From the NCBI GenBank assembly GCA_963850315.1, contig CAWKKN010000007.1, positions 71,222 to 135,221 of the forward strand: a stretch of DNA of 64,000 nucleotides, in the 5' to 3' direction. Source of the stretch: an uncultured Actinomycetes bacterium (lineage in GTDB: Bacteria > Actinomycetota > UBA4738 > HRBIN12). The position numbers and the translations under genes were made by a program. Positions 47,408 through 57,254 of this stretch are shown piece after piece. Under the pieces are notes generated by a model. The model did not search any database and had not been told where the DNA came from. It worked only from the letters and a program-made list of their open reading frames with translations. The first letter of the stretch is position 1. Each line of letters begins with the position of its first letter.

Positions 47408-47608
47408 CTAGTCCGGATCCAGATCGAGCTCGCCTCCCTTGGACGTGAGCGTCGTGGCCTGCCGGGGTTCAGGCTTGCCTTGCTTGCGGATCGAGCGCAT
47501 GACGATCCGCTCCAGGATCAAGGCCATCACGGTCATCCCGACGCCGACCATGAACCGCTCGAGCTTGCGGAAGACGCTTGCCGGTGGCGGTGTGGAGCGA
47601 GACGGCAT
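47408..47608 (-). CDS. Hypothetical 66-aa protein abutting the stop of the upstream histidine kinase gene
   Basis: The ORF starts at 47608, the nucleotide after the HK1 stop (47609). Amphipathic/hydrophobic segment MVGVGMTVMALILERIVM. No known domain. Confidence 0.35.
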   Translation of the reverse strand: MPSRSTPPPASVFRKLERFMVGVGMTVMALILERIVMRSIRKQGKPEPRQATTLTSKGGELDLDPD

Positions 47609-49693
47609 CTACGGAGCCTCCGCCCGGGCGGGGATGCGGCCGGCGACGGTGGTCCCGACCCCGGGCATCGAGACGATCGAGAGCGTGCCGCCGATGGCCG
47701 CGAGCCGATCCGCCATCCCCTGCAGGCCGGTCCCCGACGTCGGCATCGAGGCGTCGAACCCACAGCCGTCGTCGTGGACCTCGAACGCGAGCATGCCGTC
47801 ATCTTGCCCGATTTGGACGTCGGCGCGCGAGGCCGCCGCGTACTTCGCGACGTTCTGGAGCGCCTCCAGCGCACAGAAGTAGGCGGCCGCCTCGGCTTCC
47901 TGCGGGTAGCGGCCGACGCCCGGACCGGCGACGACGGAGACCGGGAGCGGGAACTTCCGGGCCTGGGCCTCGAGGGCGCTCACGAGCCCCTTGTCGGCCA
48001 GCAGCGGGGGGTAGATCCCGCGCGCGAGATCCCGGAGGTTCTCCAGGGCTTCCTGGGTCTCCGACTCGATCTGGCCGAGCATCTCCGTTGCCTTGCCTGG
48101 GTCGCGCTCGGAGAGCGTCCGCGCGAGCCGGGCCTTCACGGTCAGGGCCACCAGCTGCTGCTGCGCGCCGTCGTGGATGTTGCGCTCGAGGCGCCGGCGT
48201 GCCTCGTCCTGCGCCGCCACGATCCGTCGCTGGGCCGCCGTGAGCTCTTCAAGCCGGCCCTTCAGCTGCTCGGTGAGCCGGACGTTGCGCAGCACCAGAC
48301 CCACCTGACCCGCCAGGTCGGTGACGAGCTTGTCGTCGGCGGGCGTCACGGGATCGACCGAGGGCTTCCGCACGGCCAGCGCGCCCAGGAGCTCGCCGCC
48401 CGACTCCACCGGCCACACGCGGTCGGCTCCCTCGATCGGCGGCACGACCCCGTTCGGCAAGGTCACCGAGGGCTGGGAGCCGAGTTCGGGCGGCCATACG
48501 GCGACGTCACGCAGCTCGCGGTCCACCGCCAGCCAGACATCTCCGCGTTCGGCTCCGATCCCCTCCCCGAGCACGCGCGCCATCCGCGGCAAGAGGTCCT
48601 CGTCCGCGTAGGCGCTTCCGACCCGCTCAGAGAACTGCGACAGGATCTCGTAGGGGGTCGCACGCCGGCCGTACACCAGATGGTTGGCGACGCGGGACAG
48701 CCGCGCGCGCATCGGCTGGAAGGTCACGGCGACGGTCACCGCCGCCACCATCGTGAGGAAGGAGCTCCCGTGACCGATCCAGGCGCCCAGCCCGACCACC
48801 AGCGCGAGGTACACGGCGGTCGCGAACACCGCGAGCGCGACGTAGACAACCGTCTTGCGAACGACGAGGTCGAGATCGTACAGGTGGAAGCGCAGGACCC
48901 CGACCGCGACCGCCACCGGGATCGCCATGAATCCGGCCGCCGTCACGACCGCGTTCGCGACGTCGCCGTGGATCAGCGCGTTGCCGGGGACGACACACAC
49001 GAAGGCCACGACCACACCGAACAGCACCCACTTGATCTGCTGGCGCTCGATCCCGTGCGCGTGACGGAAGCGCACGAAGACGGATGCGACCGAGGCGAGG
49101 ATCATGAGAGGGATCGCGATCCCGAGGGCCCCGGGGATCCGGTGCACGATCCGCGCCACCGCGCTGACGTAGAAGGGGTTCGAGATCGTGAGGTTCGAGT
49201 CGGTGCCCGACAGGACGCGCGCGCTCAAGACGTAGCCGAACAGCGTGAGCACGATCGCGGCGACGAAGGCCCACAGGAGCGGGCGCCAGCGCCTGCTGGG
49301 CAGGTGCCCGTCCGGGAACAGGAGCGGCAGGAGGAAGACCGCGGGGATCGTCCCGAGGATCCAGCCGATCCCGTTGAACAGGCCAAGGAGCTGGACGCCG
49401 AGGCCGTCGGCCCCGCGCCGCACGAGCCACGTCGTGAGCTCCGCCGAGGCGAACGATGCGGCCGCCATGAACGACGCGTAGAGGAGCAGGAAGCCGATCA
49501 CGTTCCCGCGGTCGCGGCTCGCGATCAGGGCGCCGACGAGGCCGAAGGTGGTGAACGCGACCACATAGGGCCACTGTGCCCCCGACGACTCGTGGTTCGC
49601 GTAGACGAGCGCCATCCCGACGATCGCGACCCCGATGAAGCCGGCGAGCACGACCCAGGGCCATCGGGCGTTGGCTCGCTCAACCGACGACAC
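47609..49693 (-). CDS. Sensor histidine kinase (multi-TM sensor, GAF-like, HisKA_3, HATPase_c); paralogue of 52247..54391
   Basis: About 10 N-terminal TM helices with a PDGHLPSRRWRPLLW motif. H-box ERNIHDGAQQQLVAL (HisKA_3, the NarL-partner type) and an ATPase domain. Overlaps the upstream REC-cyclase gene by 14 nt. Confidence 0.85.
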   Translation of the reverse strand: MSSVERANARWPWVVLAGFIGVAIVGMALVYANHESSGAQWPYVVAFTTFGLVGALIASRDRGNVIGFLLLYASFMAAASFASAELTTWLVRRGADGLGVQLLGLFNGIGWILGTIPAVFLLPLLFPDGHLPSRRWRPLLWAFVAAIVLTLFGYVLSARVLSGTDSNLTISNPFYVSAVARIVHRIPGALGIAIPLMILASVASVFVRFRHAHGIERQQIKWVLFGVVVAFVCVVPGNALIHGDVANAVVTAAGFMAIPVAVAVGVLRFHLYDLDLVVRKTVVYVALAVFATAVYLALVVGLGAWIGHGSSFLTMVAAVTVAVTFQPMRARLSRVANHLVYGRRATPYEILSQFSERVGSAYADEDLLPRMARVLGEGIGAERGDVWLAVDRELRDVAVWPPELGSQPSVTLPNGVVPPIEGADRVWPVESGGELLGALAVRKPSVDPVTPADDKLVTDLAGQVGLVLRNVRLTEQLKGRLEELTAAQRRIVAAQDEARRRLERNIHDGAQQQLVALTVKARLARTLSERDPGKATEMLGQIESETQEALENLRDLARGIYPPLLADKGLVSALEAQARKFPLPVSVVAGPGVGRYPQEAEAAAYFCALEALQNVAKYAAASRADVQIGQDDGMLAFEVHDDGCGFDASMPTSGTGLQGMADRLAAIGGTLSIVSMPGVGTTVAGRIPARAEAP

Positions 49694-50957
49694 GGAACAC
49701 CTCCACGGGTTCGGCTCGGCCCTTCACGGTCCGGCTGCCGATCGGCTCGCAAACGATGTCGGGCGCCGCGGCGACGGTGGAAACGGACGCCACGATCTCA
49801 CCGGACTCGGCCTCGGACTGGAGGCGCTGCGCCACGTTCACCGCATCCCCGATCACCGTGTACTCCAGCCGCCCACCTCCGCCGATCGCACCGGCGATCA
49901 CGGTCCCGGTGTTGAGCCCGATCCCCACCCCAAGGGTCGGCACGGCCTCGGTGCCCCAACCCGACTCGTTCAGCTCGGCCTGCCGTGCCTGCATCGCGAT
50001 CGCGCAGCGCAGCGCACGTGGCGCGTGGTCGGGGAGCGGATCGGGCGCGCCGAAGATGGCCATCACCGCGTCGCCCTGGAACTTGTCGATCGTGCCCCCG
50101 TGCGCCGCGATGACCTCCGCCATCGCCTGGAGGTGCCGCCCGACGACGTCGGCGATCTCGCGGGCCTCGAGCCGCTCCGCGATCGCCGAGAAGCCGCGGA
50201 TATCGCTGAACAACACCGTGACCTCCAGCTCCACCTGCTGCGCACCGTGGCCGTCGGCGAGCCGGGCTGCCACCTGCTCCGGAACGAACGAGCGCAGCGC
50301 GTCGGCGGTCGAGGACCGCTCCACGACCGCCGCGTGCAGACGCTTCATCTCATCGACGGCCTGGCTCCCGCCCGACTCGGCATCGACCGCCATCCGTCGG
50401 AACAGCTCGGTGACGCGGCGATCCACGGCCTCTTGGGTCGTGCCGAGCTCGTTCGCCATCTGCTCGTACCCCAGACCCTTGGACATCATGTCGAGGACGA
50501 CCCGGTCGTCTTCGCCCGTGTCGGCTCGACCCGACAGCCGTTCGGCGATCAACGGATCCACCGCGCTACCGCCCGCGTGCACCTCGCGGATCGCGCGCAC
50601 CAACTCGTCTCCCTGCGCGATCCGGTCCTTCAAGAGGTAGGCGAGACCGCTGTGGCCTCCCCCGAGGAGGGCGAGGGCGTAGGCCTCGTCGTCGTGGGCC
50701 GACAGCACGACGACCCCGGTGTCGGGATGAGTCGAACGGATCGAGTGCGCGCAGTCGATCCCCTCGAGCTGGAACGAAGGCGGCATCTTGATGTCGGTGA
50801 CGACGACGTCCGGCACGTGCTCGGCGGCGGTCGCGAGGAGGGTCGGGGCGTCCTCGGCCACGCCCACGACCTCGATGTCGTCGTAGGAGTCCAGCAAGGC
50901 CCGAACGCCCTCTCGCACCAGCACGTTGTCCTCGCCGAGGACCACTGTGATCGTCAT
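49680..50957 (-). CDS. Response regulator receiver - LuxR-like HTH - class III adenylate cyclase fusion protein
   Basis: ATG 50957. REC (TVVLGEDNVLVREG...VVVTDIKMPP). A degenerate LuxR-type HTH (VLDMMSKGLGYEQMANELGTTQEAVDRRVTELFRRM). The cyclase core follows (VTVLFSDIRGFSAIAE...KFQGDAVMAIFGAP...GLNTGTVIAGAIG...VIGDAVNVAQRLQS). Confidence 0.8.
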   Translation of the reverse strand: MTITVVLGEDNVLVREGVRALLDSYDDIEVVGVAEDAPTLLATAAEHVPDVVVTDIKMPPSFQLEGIDCAHSIRSTHPDTGVVVLSAHDDEAYALALLGGGHSGLAYLLKDRIAQGDELVRAIREVHAGGSAVDPLIAERLSGRADTGEDDRVVLDMMSKGLGYEQMANELGTTQEAVDRRVTELFRRMAVDAESGGSQAVDEMKRLHAAVVERSSTADALRSFVPEQVAARLADGHGAQQVELEVTVLFSDIRGFSAIAERLEAREIADVVGRHLQAMAEVIAAHGGTIDKFQGDAVMAIFGAPDPLPDHAPRALRCAIAMQARQAELNESGWGTEAVPTLGVGIGLNTGTVIAGAIGGGGRLEYTVIGDAVNVAQRLQSEAESGEIVASVSTVAAAPDIVCEPIGSRTVKGRAEPVEVFRVVG

Positions 50958-50989
50958 GCCGCGGGACCCTCCACGTGTACCATCCGCCC

Positions 50990-51658
50990 ATGCTGCGGGT
51001 CGTATTCGCCGAGGATAACTACCTCGTCCGCGAAGGGACGACCGCATTGCTGGCGGAGTCCGACGAGATCGAGATCGTCGGAACCGCCGCCACGAAGGAC
51101 GAGCTGCTGGCGGCCGTGGAGGCCGAGTCGCCCGACGCGGTGCTGACCGACATCCGGATGCCGCCCACGGGCACCGACGAGGGCATCGCCGCGGCGAAGC
51201 AGATCCGCGACGCGCACCCGCGGATCGGCGTCGTGGTCCTCTCGCAGTTCGCGGACGAGGCCTACGCGTACGACCTCCTGAAGGACGGCGCCGCCGGCCT
51301 CGGCTACCTCTTGAAGGAACGCGTCGCCGACGTCGAGGAGCTGGTGCGCGCCCTGGAGGAGGTCAGCCGCGGCGGGAGCGTGCTCGACCCGAAGGTGGTC
51401 GAGTCGCTGGTGGCGGCGAAGGACAGGATGGCGCATTCGCCGCTCGCCACGCTCACGGACCGCGAACGCGAGGTGCTGTCGCACATGGCCCAGGGTCAGA
51501 ACAACGCGGCGATCGCGAAGTCGTTGTTCCTCACGGAGCGCGCCGTCGAGAAGCACATCAACTCCCTGTTCCACAAGCTCGACCTCACAGAGGAGCCCGA
51601 CGTCCACCGTCGGGTGATGGCCGTCCTCGCGTTCCTGCACGAGTCCGATCAGGCCTAG
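50990..51658 (+). CDS. NarL/LuxR-family response regulator (REC + HTH_LuxR)
   Basis: MLRVVFAEDNYLVREG...AVLTDIRMPP. C-terminal LTDREREVLSHMAQGQNNAAIAKSLFLTERAVEKHINSLFHKL. Divergent from the REC-cyclase gene, with only about 32 bp between the two starts. Confidence 0.85.
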   Translation: MLRVVFAEDNYLVREGTTALLAESDEIEIVGTAATKDELLAAVEAESPDAVLTDIRMPPTGTDEGIAAAKQIRDAHPRIGVVVLSQFADEAYAYDLLKDGAAGLGYLLKERVADVEELVRALEEVSRGGSVLDPKVVESLVAAKDRMAHSPLATLTDREREVLSHMAQGQNNAAIAKSLFLTERAVEKHINSLFHKLDLTEEPDVHRRVMAVLAFLHESDQA

Positions 51659-51660
51659 GC

Positions 51661-52068
51661 TCACTGGGCCTTCCTCGTGTCGACGACGTAGACGCTGCAC
51701 GGGGAGTGACGCAGGACCAGGTTCGCGACGCTGTCACGTACGTGCCACCACGAACCTTGGGCGCCGCGGTTGCCCACGACGATCGTGTCGACCTGCTCCT
51801 CGGCCGCGACATCGCAGATACGTGCGGCGGGGTCGCCGTCGGCAACACGGGTGTGCGTCGGCACGGCGGGGAATCGCCCTCGCAGGCCCTCGAGATAGGC
51901 CTCGGGGCTCGCCGCCCTCGACGGATCGACGGCGGCACGCAGATCCCCTTCGGACCTGACGAACAGGACGAGCAGTTCCGCCCCGCGCGCACGCGCGAGC
52001 TCGGCGGCGTCGGCGACCGCGAGGTCCGCCGATGCGGTGGTATCGGTTCCGACCAGGATCTTGTTCAT
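51661..52068 (-). CDS. Universal stress protein (UspA family)
   Basis: MNKILVGTDTTASADLAV...DTIVVGNRGAQG...VYVV. 135 aa. Confidence 0.8.
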   Translation of the reverse strand: MNKILVGTDTTASADLAVADAAELARARGAELLVLFVRSEGDLRAAVDPSRAASPEAYLEGLRGRFPAVPTHTRVADGDPAARICDVAAEEQVDTIVVGNRGAQGSWWHVRDSVANLVLRHSPCSVYVVDTRKAQ

Positions 52069-52246
52069 CGTTACCCTCCTTGAGGGGTTGCACCGCCACC
52101 GTAGGTCGGACGCCGCCGCGAATCGAGCCGGCCCTCACCACGATCCCCGGGGGATGCCACCACCACCGCGAAGGAGGGGTTCCGGCCCGCGAACGTGCAG
52201 GTCGGCCCCCTTCCTGCGGGCCCTGTCGCCGGGTGAGAATCCCGCT

Positions 52247-54391
52247 ATGGACGAGACCGTCGAGATCGCGCTCTGGCCGCGGACCCTCTCGTACGTCCTC
52301 GCGGCCTTCATCGCGGCGCTCTGGGTGGTGGGAGCCGTGCTGCTCGCCGCCGACGGCACGGCGATCTACGGCAACCAGTGGTTCCTGTGGGGCCTGTTCA
52401 CTATCACCGGCGTCGCGTACGTGGTGGCGGGGATCGCGATCATCCGGCGCCAGCCGTCGAACCCCGTGGGCTGGCTCATGCTGTTCATCGCTGGAGCGCT
52501 CGCCGTCGGCACGCCCGGGGCCGCGTACGGGATCTACGCGATCCGCGTGTCGTCCGGCGGGTTGCCGGCGCCCGCGGCGGTCCTGGCCCTCGCCGAGCCC
52601 ACCCCGATCCTGTCCCTCCTGGGGATCATCCTGGTGCTGCAGCTGTTCCCCGACGGCCGGCCCGTTTCGCGGCGGTGGCGGCCGCTGCTGTGGCTCACGG
52701 TGGCCGTCGCGATCGAGGGCACGATCGGCCAGATCCTGACGCCGCACAGGATCGTCGACATATGGTCAGACGACCTCAGTCACGCCCACGTCTCGGTCGC
52801 GGACCCGTTCGGCGTCCACGCCCTGCGCGGCGCCGGACATACCGGAGCCACGGTGGGTGGGCTGCTCCTGGCGTCCGTCGCGGTGCTCGCCATCGCATCG
52901 CTCTTCGTCCGCCGCCGGCGCGCCGGCGCCACGCAGCGGGCCCAGCTCCGATGGCTCGCGCTCGTCGTAGGGCTCGCGGCCGCATGGATCGTCGTGATGC
53001 TCCCTCTCGCGATCGTCAGCGGGGGGAACGGGTTTCTCGGCGGCCTGTTCTGGATCGTCATCACACCACTCGTCGCCCTTGGCATCCCGACCGCCGTCGG
53101 GATCGCGATCGTGCGGTATCGCCTGTTCGACATCGACGTCGTGATCTCGAAGACGATCGTGTACGGGACGCTGGCTGCGTTCATCACCCTGGTCTACATC
53201 GGGATTGTCGTGGGGGTCGGGCAGATCGCCGGGTCCGTGGGCGCGCCCGCGCTGTCCGCGGTCGCAGCAGCGATCGTCGCGATCGCGTTCCAGCCCGTGC
53301 GCCGCCGGGTGCAGCGGTTCGCGAACCGGTTGGTCTACGGGGACCGTGCGAGCCCTTACGAGGTGCTCTCGGAGTTCTCCGAGCGTGTCGCCGGCGCCTA
53401 CGCCATCGACGACCTTTCGAAGCGGATCGCCAGGATCCTCGGCGAGAGCACCTCGGCGAGCGCTGCGGCGGTCATGCTGAGGATCGGCTCCGAGCTCCGG
53501 CCCGACGCCTGGTGGCCGGAAGACGAACCGCCACCCGAGCCGATCACCGTTGTGGACGCGGAGGCTCGGGGAACCGACGACCAGCATCTGCTCGCCCTCG
53601 TGCGGCACCAGGGCGAGCCGCTGGGAGCGCTCGTCGTCACGAAGCCCGCGAGCGACCCGATCACTCCGACCGAACGCAAGCTGGCGAACGACCTGGCGGC
53701 TCAGGCGGGACTCGTACTCAGCAACGTCCGCCTCACCGAGGAGCTCCGAGCGAATCTCGAAGACCTGCATGCCTCCCGGCAGCGCTTGGTCGCCGCGCAG
53801 GACGAAGAGCGCCGGCGGCTGGAGCGGAACCTCCACGACGGGGCCCAGCAGGAGCTCGTGGCCCTCGCGGTCAAGCTCCGCCTCGCCCAACAGCTCGCGG
53901 ACCGAGACGGCGCGAAGACGAAGGAGATGCTCGGGCAGCTCCAAGACGACACAGCCTCCGCCCTCGAGAACCTCCGCGACCTCGCCCGCGGGATCTATCC
54001 GCCGCTCCTGGCCGACCAAGGGCTTGCGGCCGCACTCGAGGCGCAGGCGCGCAAGGCGCCGGTGCCGACCGCGGTGCACGCGCGTAACGTCGACCGCTAC
54101 CCGCAAGACGTCGAGGCCGCCACCTACTTCTGCTGCCTCGAGGCGCTGCAGAACGTTGCGAAGTACGCCCACGCCACGCACGTCGACATCGACCTTGGGA
54201 CCGACGACGGCGCATTGACGTTCCGGGTCACCGACGACGGTGAGGGGTTCGACCCGGCGTCGACGGCGCGCGGATCGGGCCTGCAGAACATGACGGACCG
54301 ACTGTCGTCGCTGGACGGCGACCTGCACATCGAGAGCATGCCCGGCCGAGGCACGACGATCGAGGGCCGTTTGCCGATGGGGGCACGCTGA
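52247..54391 (+). CDS. Sensor histidine kinase (multi-TM sensor, GAF-like, HisKA_3, HATPase_c); paralogue of 47609..49693
   Basis: ATG 52247. Same architecture and motifs as HK1 (FPDGRPVSRRWRPLLW; ERNLHDGAQQELVAL; C-terminal GSGLQNMTDRL). Confidence 0.85.
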   Translation: MDETVEIALWPRTLSYVLAAFIAALWVVGAVLLAADGTAIYGNQWFLWGLFTITGVAYVVAGIAIIRRQPSNPVGWLMLFIAGALAVGTPGAAYGIYAIRVSSGGLPAPAAVLALAEPTPILSLLGIILVLQLFPDGRPVSRRWRPLLWLTVAVAIEGTIGQILTPHRIVDIWSDDLSHAHVSVADPFGVHALRGAGHTGATVGGLLLASVAVLAIASLFVRRRRAGATQRAQLRWLALVVGLAAAWIVVMLPLAIVSGGNGFLGGLFWIVITPLVALGIPTAVGIAIVRYRLFDIDVVISKTIVYGTLAAFITLVYIGIVVGVGQIAGSVGAPALSAVAAAIVAIAFQPVRRRVQRFANRLVYGDRASPYEVLSEFSERVAGAYAIDDLSKRIARILGESTSASAAAVMLRIGSELRPDAWWPEDEPPPEPITVVDAEARGTDDQHLLALVRHQGEPLGALVVTKPASDPITPTERKLANDLAAQAGLVLSNVRLTEELRANLEDLHASRQRLVAAQDEERRRLERNLHDGAQQELVALAVKLRLAQQLADRDGAKTKEMLGQLQDDTASALENLRDLARGIYPPLLADQGLAAALEAQARKAPVPTAVHARNVDRYPQDVEAATYFCCLEALQNVAKYAHATHVDIDLGTDDGALTFRVTDDGEGFDPASTARGSGLQNMTDRLSSLDGDLHIESMPGRGTTIEGRLPMGAR

Positions 54392-54545
54392 CGCCGAGAC
54401 GCCCCGGCGTCCAGGGCCGAAGGTCCCTGGTGGGTGCTCCGCGTCTGGTGCTAGCGTCGCTTGCCATCAAGCAGGAGGATCCGCAACGCTGAGGAACCGA
54501 AGGCACGCCCGAGCGGCTCGCCTCACCGCAACCGGGATCCTTGCC

Positions 54546-57245
54546 GTGAGCTTGATCGCGGCATCCCTACCCCCCGGGATCTCCTCGGCGACCTCGGCGT
54601 CGAGCCAAGCCTCCCGCACACCCACCCCGACGCCGTCGACCCTGGCGGCGCGGGCAGCACTCGCGGCGGCGATCGGCTCCGGCGCGATCCTGGAGACCGA
54701 GCGACCGCTCGGCGCGCTTCGCTGGGTCGCGAACCTCGACGGCACGCTCACCGGCCCGAGCGCATCGTCGCCACCGGACATCGCGCTGGGGTACGTCGTG
54801 GCGCACCTCGAAGCCTTCGGCCTGACGGCGCACGACGTCGCGCTCCTGAGCTTCCGCGACGACTACGTCGACATCCTAGGGACGCACCACCTCTCCTGGG
54901 TGGAGCGGGTGAATGGCGTCGCGTTCTTCGGCGCCGGGCTGAAGGCGGCGGTGGCCGCGGATGGCTCCCTCATCTCGCTGGCCGGGCCCGTCTATCACAT
55001 CGTCCGGCTCACCGGTCCCGCCTCCATCCATCTGTCTGCCGACCAAGCGGTCGCCGCGGCGCGAACCGCGCTCGAGGCTCCAGCGCGACGCGGACCCTCG
55101 ACCGCGATGCCGCCAGACCGGGCCACGCTCGTCCGCTTCGCGGCGCCCGGGACAGCGGGATTCGCGTGGGACACCACGACCGCCATCTCACCGGAGCGGA
55201 TCGTCCGCTCCGTGGTGGACGCCGCGACAGGGCGCGTGCTCTGGCGAGAGAACCTCGTGCGCAACGATGTGAGCGGCTCGGGACTCGCCTGGCCCGAGGC
55301 GCCGGGTCCGTTCCCCAACGGGGGCGGCGTCCAGGCGCCCGTGACGTTTCCAGTGGCGGGGCCCTCCGCGCTCTCCGGAAACAACGCCCACGTCTACACG
55401 GCGGTCAGCGGCTCCGATGAGATCGTCCCCGCCGACGAGATCCCCGCCACCGATGCGTCCGCGCTCTCGTGGGGTGCGAGCGCCACGTTCGATATCACGA
55501 CGGTCGGGCAGAACTGCAGTGCCACCTATCCATGCACATGGAACTACGCCGTCCCCTACAGCTGGCAGACGAACCGCCGGCAGGAGGCCGTCCAGGCCTA
55601 CTACCTGCTGAACGTCTACCACGATCACCTTGCGGCGCCGCCGATCGGCTTCACCGAGGCGGCGGGGAACTTCCAGGTTACCAACGGCACCGGCCTCGGA
55701 CACGGCGGCGACCCGGTGGAAACGACGACCCTCGTGGGCGCGAACCTCGGTCACGACGGGCGGCCCAGGATCCTCAACAACGCCTCGATGTACGCACCGC
55801 CCGACGGCATGCCCGGCCGCATGGCGCTCTACCTGTTCCGCCGCGACCGCGCCCACCCCGCGAGCCCGACGGCTGACGCGGCGGACGATGCCACCGTCGT
55901 GTTCCACGAGTACACGCACGGGATGTCGAGCCGCCTCGTGACGATGCCCGACGGAAGCGAGGCCCTCTACGGAGGGCAGTCGGGGGCCATGAGCGAGGGC
56001 TGGAGCGATTGGTACGCGCTCGACGACCTGGTCGCGCAGGGCTACCAACCGGATACACCGGCTGTCGACCTTCCCGTGGGCACGTGGATCAGCGGCGGCC
56101 TCGGGGTGCGCCCGCAGTTCGCCGACTGCCTCCCGGCAAGCCGCGTCCGCGGATGCGCGGCGGCGGGCACGGCGGGGCCAGGTGGTTTCACCTACGGCGA
56201 CTACGGACGGATCGCCGGGGCGCCGGAGGCCCACGCCGACGGCGAGATCTGGCTGCAGACCCTCTGGCAGCTGCGCGCCGCGCTGGGCTCCGCCGTGACG
56301 GAGGCGATCGTCACGCGCGCGATGGAGCTCTCGCCTCAGGCACCCACGTTCCTCGAGGAACGTGACGCCATCCTCATCGCCGACACCACCGTGTACGGCG
56401 GCGCGCATCGCGACGCGATCTGGCACGTGTTCGCTCGCAGGGGGATGGGCTTCTTCGCTTCGTCCCGCGACACGTTCGACGAGCACCCGGTCGAGAGCTT
56501 CGCGCTGCCCGCGACATGCCCCGGCGCCGGCTGCGGGAGCGTGTTCGGGCAGGTCGTCGACCCCACGTCCGATAAGCCCGTCGTCGGCGCCCTGGTGCAT
56601 CTCGCGGCGGACGAGCTTGGTGTGCCCGTCGATCTGAGCGCCACCAGCGATGCCAAGGGCCGTTTCCGGATCTCCGATGTGCCCGACGGTTCCTACCGCA
56701 ACGTGACGGTTTCGAGGAACGGGTATCGGACCGTGTGGTTCGGACCGGTGAACGTGGACGGGGACACCCACCTGCAGTTGGCGATCCGCAGAGACTGGGT
56801 CACGGTCTCGGGGGGCGCCAAGATCCAGAGCGTCACCGGACCCGACCGCACGACCGCACTCGGGGAATGTGGGCCGCAGGGCGTCATCGACGGCTCCCTG
56901 TCCACGAGCTGGCTCACCTCGATCGCGCGTCCAGCCGTGCTCACGATCCAGCTGCCTGCCTCGGTGAACATCATCGACTTCAAGGTGGATCCGGCTGCTC
57001 GCTGCGCCGGCACCAACTCCGATACCCGCTCCTTCCGGATCCTGACGCGAACGCAACGAGGCCGCTGGACGGTCGCCTTTTCGACGACAACGGGGCTACC
57101 GAGGGGGGGACTCACCACCCTGCGACCGACGACCGGCTGGCGCGACGTGCGATCCGTTCGGCTCGTGCTGCTGTCGGCCGCGCGATCGACCCGCCAGGTG
57201 GAGTTCAGGGAGCTGATCGTGCACGGCGTCGTGCCGGAGCCGTGA
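54546..57245 (+). CDS. Secreted M36 (fungalysin)-like zinc metallopeptidase with C-terminal CarboxypepD_reg and F5/8-type-C (discoidin) domains
   Basis: HEYTHG zinc-binding motif in a fungalysin context. A CarboxypepD_reg-like segment (GQVVDPTSDKPVVGALVHL...GRFRISDVPDGSY) and a discoidin-like tail. The GTG 54546 start gives a weak signal peptide. A better signal sequence exists in frame upstream but without a standard start codon. Confidence 0.7.
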   Translation: MSLIAASLPPGISSATSASSQASRTPTPTPSTLAARAALAAAIGSGAILETERPLGALRWVANLDGTLTGPSASSPPDIALGYVVAHLEAFGLTAHDVALLSFRDDYVDILGTHHLSWVERVNGVAFFGAGLKAAVAADGSLISLAGPVYHIVRLTGPASIHLSADQAVAAARTALEAPARRGPSTAMPPDRATLVRFAAPGTAGFAWDTTTAISPERIVRSVVDAATGRVLWRENLVRNDVSGSGLAWPEAPGPFPNGGGVQAPVTFPVAGPSALSGNNAHVYTAVSGSDEIVPADEIPATDASALSWGASATFDITTVGQNCSATYPCTWNYAVPYSWQTNRRQEAVQAYYLLNVYHDHLAAPPIGFTEAAGNFQVTNGTGLGHGGDPVETTTLVGANLGHDGRPRILNNASMYAPPDGMPGRMALYLFRRDRAHPASPTADAADDATVVFHEYTHGMSSRLVTMPDGSEALYGGQSGAMSEGWSDWYALDDLVAQGYQPDTPAVDLPVGTWISGGLGVRPQFADCLPASRVRGCAAAGTAGPGGFTYGDYGRIAGAPEAHADGEIWLQTLWQLRAALGSAVTEAIVTRAMELSPQAPTFLEERDAILIADTTVYGGAHRDAIWHVFARRGMGFFASSRDTFDEHPVESFALPATCPGAGCGSVFGQVVDPTSDKPVVGALVHLAADELGVPVDLSATSDAKGRFRISDVPDGSYRNVTVSRNGYRTVWFGPVNVDGDTHLQLAIRRDWVTVSGGAKIQSVTGPDRTTALGECGPQGVIDGSLSTSWLTSIARPAVLTIQLPASVNIIDFKVDPAARCAGTNSDTRSFRILTRTQRGRWTVAFSTTTGLPRGGLTTLRPTTGWRDVRSVRLVLLSAARSTRQVEFRELIVHGVVPEP

Positions 57246-57254
57246 CCCTGAACG

